From Candidatus Obscuribacteraceae bacterium (lineage in GTDB: Bacteria; Cyanobacteriota; Vampirovibrionia; Obscuribacterales; Obscuribacteraceae), in contig JBGAHS010000009.1 of the NCBI GenBank assembly GCA_044226015.1, positions 288,001 to 352,000 of the forward strand: a stretch of DNA of 64,000 nt, read 5' to 3'. The position numbers and the translations under genes are program-made. The notes under the pieces were generated by a model. That model was not told the origin of the DNA, made no database searches, and was given only the letters and a program-made list of their open reading frames with translations. Of this stretch, positions 47,068 to 54,622 are shown piece by piece. Every line of letters begins with the position of its first letter. The stretch's first letter is position 1.

Positions 47068-48423
47068 ATGCAATCTATAGAAGAATCATCGTTCTGGCTC
47101 GCGACTCGCTCAAAAGGAGCGGAGACGCAGACTTTGGAACACGACTTGAACACCGAAATCGCCGTTATTGGTGGTGGTTTTACTGGACTCTGGACTGCTT
47201 ATTATTTGAAGCAGCTAAATCCTGATTGTGACGTCGTTCTACTCGAACAGGGGGTTTTGGGCTATGGAGGCAGCGGTCGAAATGCTGGAATGATAAGTTC
47301 TTGCCTCGACCATACTCATTCTCTAGCAATTCAGCATTTCGGACGAGAAGAGGCTACAAAACTCGCTGAGATTGGCAGGCGTAATATTGACGAACTAGCT
47401 CAGTTTGCCTCTGATTGCGACTTCGAGCGCACTGGTCAGTTATTTGTGGCCCTGACTGAATCACATCTAGAGTTCTGTCAGATGCAAGTTGATGTGGCCC
47501 AGGAGTTGAGTATTCCTGGTGTGAAACTACTTTCTCAAGATGAAACTTATGCAGAGCTTCACTCACCGCTTTATAAAGGATCTTGTTATGTTGCTGGTAG
47601 TGGCATTCTAAATCCAGTAAAACTGCTCGATAAGATAAAAAAACATGCTCAAGATAAGGGTGTCCGTTTCTTCGAACGGACAAAAGTTTCCAATATTCGC
47701 GGAGGCATAGTCCAGACCACTAAGGCTAAAGTGCGGGCAAAGAAAATAGTTCTTGCTACTGACTCCTATTCACATCATTTTTTTCCCGCCCTGCTGCAGT
47801 TTTACATTCCCTTATATGACTATATTCTGGTCAGTGAGCCGCTCAGCGAAAATCAAATGCAGGCAATTGGTTGGGCTAACAGGCAAGGCGTGATTGATTG
47901 TAGATCGTTCTTTAATTATTACCGCCTGACGAGCGATAACAGAATACTCTGGGGCACCAGTGAGGCCAAATATTTCGGAAACAACAAAGTTGACGAAAGC
48001 TGCGACCACTCTGAGTCGCATTATCAAAACCTGTCTGAGAGTTTCGTCAAACATTTTCCTCAGCTGAAAGACCTGAAGTTCGAATATCGCTGGGGCGGTC
48101 CGATAGCATCGACTACCCGGCTTACTCCATTTTTCGGAACTCTTGAAGGAGGCAGTGTTGTCTATGCTCTGGGATATACAGGTCATGGAATTCTGAGTAC
48201 TAGAGTTGCAGGAAAAATTCTCGCGAATATGGCCTTGAGTAAGAACGATGATCTGCTCTCGCTCTCTATGGTGCAACATAAACCCTTTCCTTACCCGCCC
48301 GAACCGTTCAGGACTCTTTCAGTAAATATGGTTAGCTCATCTTTGCGGGAAGTTGATGAGGGCAAGACACCAAATTTGTTGCTGAAGCTTCTTGATACTT
48401 TTGGAATCGGCTTCTCGAGCTGA
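47068..48423 (+). CDS. FAD-dependent oxidoreductase (DAO/PuuB-like amine oxidase family)
   Basis: IAVIGGGFTGLWTAY, GGSGRNAG, WGGPI and GYTGHGI motifs. ATG 47068 is preferred. Confidence 0.9.
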   Translation: MQSIEESSFWLATRSKGAETQTLEHDLNTEIAVIGGGFTGLWTAYYLKQLNPDCDVVLLEQGVLGYGGSGRNAGMISSCLDHTHSLAIQHFGREEATKLAEIGRRNIDELAQFASDCDFERTGQLFVALTESHLEFCQMQVDVAQELSIPGVKLLSQDETYAELHSPLYKGSCYVAGSGILNPVKLLDKIKKHAQDKGVRFFERTKVSNIRGGIVQTTKAKVRAKKIVLATDSYSHHFFPALLQFYIPLYDYILVSEPLSENQMQAIGWANRQGVIDCRSFFNYYRLTSDNRILWGTSEAKYFGNNKVDESCDHSESHYQNLSESFVKHFPQLKDLKFEYRWGGPIASTTRLTPFFGTLEGGSVVYALGYTGHGILSTRVAGKILANMALSKNDDLLSLSMVQHKPFPYPPEPFRTLSVNMVSSSLREVDEGKTPNLLLKLLDTFGIGFSS

Positions 48424-48694
48424 AGTTCAATTTGCATTGAAATTCCTTTTTCTGATTTTCATATTTCACATCTTCTTTACCTGTCGACAATATTATAAAA
48501 GCACGCAAACGATTGCGAGCCTCTTTCTAATCCAACCAAAACCCCGAGACGCCCTGCCCACACAGGGCGTCTCGCATTGTAGAATTCGCTTGTTCGACTG
48601 CATAAATGCGCAATATTTTTGCTTGTCGATACATACAAATCGTCACTGCTCGGCATTAGGATATTAATACAAACGAACCCAAGCCTTTACCCTT

Positions 48695-48730
48695 TTGAAG
48701 ACCTCGCTTAACCGCGAGGTCTTCAATTTT
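48695..48730 (+). terminator. Terminator-like hairpin
   Basis: 13-bp stem TTGAAGACCTCGC/GCGAGGTCTTCAA followed by TTTT. Confidence 0.6.
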
Positions 48731-48860
48731 GTGCAATCTATTTGCTGATTTGTTTCACGACTTCTTTACCGATGCTGAGTATATTGATTGCATGCGAGTG
48801 AGGCGGTTAGCTCACAATAACAGTTTCTGACTCGCAACGAATTTGAAGGGCTGGTAATTT

Positions 48861-48900
48861 AAACGCTCTGGTGGGCAGACCAGAGCGTTTTTCTTTTTTT
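48861..48900 (+). terminator. Intrinsic terminator
   Basis: 12-bp stem AAACGCTCTGGT/ACCAGAGCGTTT followed by TTCTTTTTTT. Confidence 0.8.
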
Positions 48901-48911
48901 GTTATTTGTAC

Positions 48912-49805
48912 TTAGCTATTTCTCAGTTTGAATGTCTTCAACATGCCTTCAACTGATGGATATATTGATTTGTCGCGTTCGGGATAGATGGTGCTAACGA
49001 TGAAGAAACATCTGTTGCCTGCCATAAACACCCAATGTCTCCAGTGCACATCTTTGTTGTTTTTGTCTTTTACGATTGATTCAAAGAAGACTGCGTCATA
49101 TTCGCCTACCGTACTTTTCTTTAGATCGCCTGGCTTCGCTTTCTTTTGCACTCGTCGAGCCCATTCAGAAGCAACTTGCTGAGGAACTTCCTTTAGTAAT
49201 TCCTGCTCGTTGCTTTTGTTGATTGAAGTGAAATTGCCGAGGTCGTAAATGTCCATGCCCGTTGATTCGCCAGGAGGAGTGCAAAGTACCCAGTTGCCGT
49301 TATCTTTCGTTGACCAGCCTTTTTCGAGGTTCAGTTCATAGGGTTTGCGTTTTCCACCTTCTTTAAATTCAAAAACTATCGGATGGTTAGACTTTGATTC
49401 GTTAGTTTCCGATTTCGCGGCGTTGTAATTCCATTGGGAATGAGTTTGCAGTGCGATTGCATCTAGGAATTGGCGAAGAGTAGGCTTATAAAAGGATGGA
49501 AATTGCGATATCAAAACGGTTTTTGAAATCTTGTCTGAATTCGTTTGAATTGATATAGAGCGCCGTTCACCCTGTTGGTTTGATTTCAGTTGTGCGTTTT
49601 GCAGTTGCGCGAACGGCACACCCATACCACCAGCCATTCTTTGTTCGAGTATTGTGTTGAGCTGTTCGTCACCAGATTTGGTGTCATTGTTTATTGCTGC
49701 CCTTGGCTTTGCCATGTCGGAGTCGGCGTCGGATGCGGCAAATGTTAGAGCAGCGCTTTGAAAAAATGTGAGTGCTGCTAAAAGGGTTAGTCTGGATTTG
49801 TTCAT
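48912..49805 (-). CDS. Secreted hypothetical protein
   Basis: AAGGA RBS, signal peptide ending ALTFA, two apparent globular regions; no family recognised with confidence. Confidence 0.75.
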   Translation of the reverse strand: MNKSRLTLLAALTFFQSAALTFAASDADSDMAKPRAAINNDTKSGDEQLNTILEQRMAGGMGVPFAQLQNAQLKSNQQGERRSISIQTNSDKISKTVLISQFPSFYKPTLRQFLDAIALQTHSQWNYNAAKSETNESKSNHPIVFEFKEGGKRKPYELNLEKGWSTKDNGNWVLCTPPGESTGMDIYDLGNFTSINKSNEQELLKEVPQQVASEWARRVQKKAKPGDLKKSTVGEYDAVFFESIVKDKNNKDVHWRHWVFMAGNRCFFIVSTIYPERDKSIYPSVEGMLKTFKLRNS

Positions 49806-49942
49806 CTTTGCATCCTTCGGTTGGCGCCCACATTCTAGCAGCGTGTACTCTGTGGATTTGTAATTATTGTTCAGGTCTTTGGTTTTGGTTTGGTGGATAT
49901 CTTTTGTATATGTTCTGCTGCGGTCCGCGCAGAGCGCCTGTT

Positions 49943-50464
49943 GTCAGAGAAACGCGGGTGAAAGTCTGACGAAGAGGATCCATCAGTCAAAGAAATGCGG
50001 GTGAAAGTCTGACGAAGAGGATCCATCAGTCAGAGAAACGCGGGTGAAAGTCTGACGAAGAGGATCCATCAGTCAGAGAAACGCGGGTGAAAGTCTGACA
50101 GAGAGGACCCGGAAGTCAGAGAAACGCAGGTGAAAGTTTGACAGAGAGGATCCCGCAGTCAAGGAAACTTGGGTGAAAGTTTGACAGAGAGGATCCCGCA
50201 GTCAAGGAAACATGGGTGAAAGTTTGACAGAGAGGATCCCGCAGTCAAGGAAACATGGGTGAAAGTCTGACAGAGAGGATCCCGCAGTCAGAGAAACGCA
50301 GGTGAAAGTCTGACAGAGAGGAGCCGGAAGTCTGAGAAACGCAGGTGAAAGTCTGACAGAGAGGAGCCGGAAGTCAGAGAAACGCAGGTGAAAGTTTGAC
50401 AGAGAGGATCCCGCAGTCAAAGAAACATGGGTGAAAGTCTGACGCTGCTGTGAAAACTGTCAGA
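49943..50464. repeat. Non-coding tandem array of 12 x 43-bp palindrome-containing units
   Basis: Units start at 49943, 49986, 50029, 50072, 50115, 50158, 50201, 50244, 50287, 50330, 50373 and 50416. Consensus GTCAGAGAAAcgcgGGTGAAAGTYTGACagaGAGGAtcccgcA. An extra in-register GTCAGA lies at 50459. Confidence 0.97.
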
Positions 50465-50633
50465 ACGGACCAAGAAGCAGAGTACGGTTTTTCTGCCCTT
50501 GACTTGCAGAAATTCTGAAGGAAAATCTGATACTGCCTATGGTATCAATATTTAATATAAATTCACTGCTCATAACTTGCATTCTCCTATACTTTACCTA
50601 ACATTGGATAGAAACATATCATCAGGTGTGCAA

Positions 50634-51311
50634 GTGAGTTCCATTGCCGCAAGATTGCGCGAGCACTTCAAGACTCTTCCAGCAAACGCATTGGTTTCAG
50701 CCTATGCATTGCGAGCCCTGGGCTCTCCCGATGCTGTTTATAAATTTCTCTCTCGAGAAACTCAAGCCAAGCGTATAGAGAGGATCAGCCTCGGTGTTTA
50801 TCGAGTGAATTTAACTGCGGCAAGACCTGTGATTTCCAATCTTTCAGTGATGTCCATCAAGTCTCTTGCTTTCAGAAAAGATGTTTTTCCAGTAGAAGGG
50901 AATGATTCGAAATTTAGGACCAACGGCTGTAAGAGCGCTCTTAAGATAGGTGGTAAATTGGTCAGATGGGTACCGGCTAGCATCAAAAAGATACGAGCCC
51001 TCTTAAAACTTCCACTTGGACCCGAGAAAAACAATCAGGTTTCCGACACGACGCGAGAACAATTATCGAAGTTTGATGGGCTCAAGGTTTCTATTTTTCC
51101 AACGGAGAATGATCGCTCAGCGATTCCAATAGCAGCAACAACTTCTCTAGAGTTGAGGTATGAAATCCAGAAATTAATACATGTTCTATGTCGGGTAACC
51201 GGAAATAACGGCTGGCGAGTTCCGCTGCAGCAGGCAAATACAGCACTGTTTTCCTTTCCTTATTTTGTTCCCCTTCCAATAGAAAGGGGGTACCTGCGTA
51301 CCCCCTTTTGA
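50634..51311 (+). CDS. AbiEi/DUF6088-like winged-helix protein (type IV antitoxin-like), no adjacent toxin
   Basis: N-terminus SIAARLREHFKTLPANALVSAYALRALGSPDAVYKFLSRETQAKRIERISLGVY fits the AbiEi-type wHTH pattern (LGS..AV...LSR......I.RI..GVY). FRTNGCKSALKIGGKLVRW resembles the downstream part of DUF6088. Probable start GTG 50634 with CAGGTG upstream. Confidence 0.7.
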   Translation: MSSIAARLREHFKTLPANALVSAYALRALGSPDAVYKFLSRETQAKRIERISLGVYRVNLTAARPVISNLSVMSIKSLAFRKDVFPVEGNDSKFRTNGCKSALKIGGKLVRWVPASIKKIRALLKLPLGPEKNNQVSDTTREQLSKFDGLKVSIFPTENDRSAIPIAATTSLELRYEIQKLIHVLCRVTGNNGWRVPLQQANTALFSFPYFVPLPIERGYLRTPF

Positions 51312-51312
51312 A

Positions 51313-52047
51313 CTAACCTTTGTCTGTTGGTGCCTCTTTGTGCTCACCACCAGGTCCGCCATGGTGCCCGCGATGGCCACCTGGACCTCCGTGTCCACCC
51401 GGACTGCATCCACCGCCACCGCCGCCGCCGCTTCTATGACCCCATCCGTGGTGCCTCATTTTTCCATGCATCATCATTGGACCGAAATCCATCATCTTGA
51501 TGTAGCTCTTTCTCAGTTCTTTTCGCTGCTCGGCAGTCAGCGTATTGAGTAAGCTAATTCGCTGTTCCAGTTTCATGTTTGCCAGGTCATTGTGAAGCGA
51601 ATTGATCTTGCTCTGTAAGCTCATAGCCTTGCTTTTATCAAAGTCTGGTTGGGTCAATAAATCATGAAGTGCTCTTTCTTGGGATTTGAGCTCAACCATT
51701 TTTGGTCCTGCTTTATCAAGAAAGTCGTTCTTTGCTTTGTACATCTGCTCTAGTTGTTCGTCAGTGAAATCACTGTGAACGCCAGCTCGGAGCATCATCA
51801 CGTCCCCACCGCCATGAAAAGCTATGTTATCGCCGCCTTCATCTGGACCGCCAGGGCCTGGAGGAGGCTCTGGAGGACCCCCGAACGGTTGTGGTGGCAT
51901 AGGTGGATTTAGTGACACATCAACACCGTCCATTAATTCCGTCGCAACACCCGGTTCAGCCTCTTGTGCAAAAGCTGCTGGTAAAAGAGAAATGCTAGTA
52001 GCGCCCAAAACCCCTAATAACAGGGCAAGACGACTTGTTCTTTTCAT
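51313..52047 (-). CDS. Periplasmic Spy/CpxP/ZraP-like protein with His/Gly-rich tail
   Basis: Signal peptide ending PAAFA, FTDEQ and LTAEQRKEL (LTxxQ) motifs, Met/His/Gly-rich C-terminus, GAGG RBS. Confidence 0.85.
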   Translation of the reverse strand: MKRTSRLALLLGVLGATSISLLPAAFAQEAEPGVATELMDGVDVSLNPPMPPQPFGGPPEPPPGPGGPDEGGDNIAFHGGGDVMMLRAGVHSDFTDEQLEQMYKAKNDFLDKAGPKMVELKSQERALHDLLTQPDFDKSKAMSLQSKINSLHNDLANMKLEQRISLLNTLTAEQRKELRKSYIKMMDFGPMMMHGKMRHHGWGHRSGGGGGGGCSPGGHGGPGGHRGHHGGPGGEHKEAPTDKG

Positions 52048-52145
52048 GAAAACACCTCAACAAAAAAAGTGCGTTTCTTCTAAGACGTCTTATTCCGCTA
52101 AAAAGTTCAAAATTTCGCTGGAAATCTTTGTTAAAGGATTCTCAT

Positions 52146-53099
52146 TTAGCGGGTCGGTTCACTGCCATGATTGTTCGCGCCTTGCTCGTCCAGGCTTTTC
52201 GCCTTTTCAGCTTCGCCGCTTATGTCCATTAGTTTTTCATGTGTCGCAAGAGCATGCGCTGACAGACCGATTTTGTCTCTCAAGTAACGAGCATTTGTGT
52301 AGTTGGCGTCTGACTTTACAGCCTCTTTGAAGTTTTTGATTGCTGTTTCTTTGTCACCTTTAGTCAAAAATCCAATTGCCAGACCGTAGAGGTCCGCTGG
52401 GTTAGGTGTTTTGCTTTTGGCGATAGCCTTGCGGAAACTGTCAATTGCAGCCTCAGTTTCTCCCTGGTCATATTGAATGCAGGCGAGAGTGTTCACGTAT
52501 TCCGCTTCATCAGGTTTCAGTTTGAGCGCAAAATTCACTTCATTTTTTGCGTCTTCTAATTTGCCAACTCTGTAAAGAGTCCAGGCGAGGCAGTTTCGGG
52601 CTTCAGAGTCGTCCGGAGCTACCGACACTGCAATCCTGTAGGCTGCAGTTGCTCGTTTAAGCTGTCCTGTCCGGTAGAGCTCATTGCCCCTGTTTATGCC
52701 ATCTCGAACGTTTGCGTTTTTTTTGTCAACAGCCTCGTCAAGCCGGCTCTGGCAGGAATGACACTTGGGATCAATTGAAAGGGCTGTGACAAATTCGGAT
52801 ATGGCGCCATCCACATCGCCTTCTTCGTCCAGCAAGAGTGTGCCCAGTCTTGTATGACCGTCTACAGATTCCGGTGCAGATTTGAGAGCCCTTCGGTATT
52901 CGGCAATAGCCGCATCGCTGTTACCTGCGAATTCATAGTTCATCGCCTGCTGAAAGTGATAATCGGCATTCTCAGCGGTTGATGGCAATACAGAGAAACT
53001 GCCAGCCATGAGAATTGCGCTAAGAACTAAAAATGTCGACCGCTTGAGCTCTTGGGCTTTTCCAAAAGATTTGATTGCCAGATATAGATGCTGAAACAT
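52146..53099 (-). CDS. Exported TPR-repeat protein
   Basis: Consecutive TPRs (AAIAEYRRALKSAPE, GAISEFVTALSIDP, AYRIAVSVAPDD). Hydrophobic segment near the N-terminus. Start uncertain (53201 in the track, 53099 more plausible). Confidence 0.8.
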   Translation of the reverse strand: MFQHLYLAIKSFGKAQELKRSTFLVLSAILMAGSFSVLPSTAENADYHFQQAMNYEFAGNSDAAIAEYRRALKSAPESVDGHTRLGTLLLDEEGDVDGAISEFVTALSIDPKCHSCQSRLDEAVDKKNANVRDGINRGNELYRTGQLKRATAAYRIAVSVAPDDSEARNCLAWTLYRVGKLEDAKNEVNFALKLKPDEAEYVNTLACIQYDQGETEAAIDSFRKAIAKSKTPNPADLYGLAIGFLTKGDKETAIKNFKEAVKSDANYTNARYLRDKIGLSAHALATHEKLMDISGEAEKAKSLDEQGANNHGSEPTR

Positions 53100-53241
53100 A
53101 CGCTTCACTTTCGAGTAAGCAAGTCGGTACAGAATCATTCTAGAGTATAAGGCGAGTTTGAGTAAGGGCATGTGTAGAAATAACATCGATGGCAAGTGCA
53201 AAGCTAGCTCTTGCAGTCACTTCGGCTCTCAGTCCGGACGG

Positions 53242-54600
53242 CTAATTTCGCAGTTTCCTGGCGTCTCCAGCTGAAGGGGTCAGCCTGCCTTCCTTCATTA
53301 ATCCTCTGCTTTCTAGCCATTGCTCGAACTCCGGAGCCGGGCGGCATCCCATCAGTTCTCTCAGAGAAGCGATATCGTGGAAACTGGTTGTTTGATAGGA
53401 AAGCATAACGTCGTCTCCCATCGGCACACCCATAAAGTAGTTCACACCGGCAGCGACAAGCAAGATACTCAAATTCTCTAGATCATTTTGGTCTGCGTCC
53501 ATGTGATTCGTATAGCAAGCATCAATGCCCATGGGTACTCCGGAAAGCTTGCCCATAAAGTGGTCTTCTAAGCCAGCGCGAATCATCTGTCTGCCATCTG
53601 CTAGATATTCTGGGCCGATGAAGCCCACTACGTCATTTACAAGAAAGGGATTGAACTGTCTGGCTAACGCGTAACATCTTGCCTCCAGTGTGACCTGGTC
53701 GGCGTCATTATTTGATTTTGATGACAGTTCGCTGCCTTGACCCGTTTCGAAATACATGAACTGATCGCCCTCTACACGGCAGTGTTTTTTTCCGAGTTCA
53801 CAAGCTTCCTTTATGAGTTCGATGTTGATACCAAATGCGGTATTGCCTTTTGCGCTTCCTGCAATGCTTTGGAATATCAGACCCGCCGGAGCTCCATTCT
53901 CAATGGCTTTCATTTGGGTGCTTATATGGCTCAAGATGCAATTTTGAGTGGGAATTTCAAGCTCTCGAATCACCTTGTCGGTCGCATGAAGCAGTCTTTC
54001 TACAGACTCTGCTGTGTCGTATACAGGGTTAATTCCTATGACAGCATCGCCCACACCATAAGAAAGCCCTTCGTATGTGGATGCCAATATTCCTTCGACC
54101 GAATCGCTGGGATGATTTGGTTGAAGGCGTGAGGCGAGGGTTCCCGCAAGTCCCAGAGTTGAGTTAGCTTTAGAAACAACCCTGCACTTTTGGGCTGCAA
54201 TGACCAGATCCATGTTCGACATTATTTTGCAGACTGCTGCCACCATTTCCCCGGTCAGCGCAGGGCGAATCGCGCTGATGTAATCGGCATCTGTCGAGGA
54301 AGAGAGCAGCAGGTCGCGGAACTCACCCACGCAAAGATTTTTGATTTTTGCAAAGGCTTCCAAGTCAATATTGTCAGCTATGATTCTGCTCACTTCATCT
54401 TTGTCATAGTCTAAAACAGGGTTTTCGAGCAGGGTCAAGAGAGTCATCTCACTCAGAACTTGTTTTGCCGCAACTCGTTCCAGTGCCGAATTCGCGCTAA
54501 TTCTTGCAAGTGCATCACCTGACTTTTCTTCGTTAGCTTTTGCCAGCACTTCCTTAACAGAATGAAAAACGAATGTTTGCTTGCCTATGGTGGTTTTCAT
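53242..54600 (-). CDS. eutB: Ethanolamine ammonia-lyase large subunit
   Basis: KANEEKSGD, SRLQPNHP, GDAVIGINP, FQSIAGS, YFETGQGSELS, VGFIGPEYL, AGLEDHFMGKL and CYTNH motifs. Confidence 0.96.
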   Translation of the reverse strand: MKTTIGKQTFVFHSVKEVLAKANEEKSGDALARISANSALERVAAKQVLSEMTLLTLLENPVLDYDKDEVSRIIADNIDLEAFAKIKNLCVGEFRDLLLSSSTDADYISAIRPALTGEMVAAVCKIMSNMDLVIAAQKCRVVSKANSTLGLAGTLASRLQPNHPSDSVEGILASTYEGLSYGVGDAVIGINPVYDTAESVERLLHATDKVIRELEIPTQNCILSHISTQMKAIENGAPAGLIFQSIAGSAKGNTAFGINIELIKEACELGKKHCRVEGDQFMYFETGQGSELSSKSNNDADQVTLEARCYALARQFNPFLVNDVVGFIGPEYLADGRQMIRAGLEDHFMGKLSGVPMGIDACYTNHMDADQNDLENLSILLVAAGVNYFMGVPMGDDVMLSYQTTSFHDIASLRELMGCRPAPEFEQWLESRGLMKEGRLTPSAGDARKLRN

Positions 54601-54622
54601 TTGTGCTCATTTCTAGATAAGG

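Noticed and set aside
49960..50100. Tandem hammerhead ribozymes (CTGACGA...GAAAC...GTC)
   Set aside because: Stems I-III cannot form, and CTGANGA is absent from most units.
50202..50420. 72-aa minus-strand ORF within the array
   Set aside because: A 43-bp period shifts frame every unit, so this is a by-product of the repeat.
49943..50443. CRISPR array (28-bp palindromic repeat plus spacer)
   Set aside because: The 15-nt linkers are too short and near-identical to each other, the repeats vary internally, and no cas gene is in the window.
49943..50443. TIGR-like dual-spacer guide array
   Set aside because: There are two variable windows per unit, but they are only 4-6 nt and recur among units. 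No Nop-domain protein is recognisable nearby.
50528..50547. NtcA or CRP site
   Set aside because: The arrangement is TAC-N8-GTA, the reverse of NtcA GTA-N8-TAC, and it does not match TGTGA-N6-TCACA.
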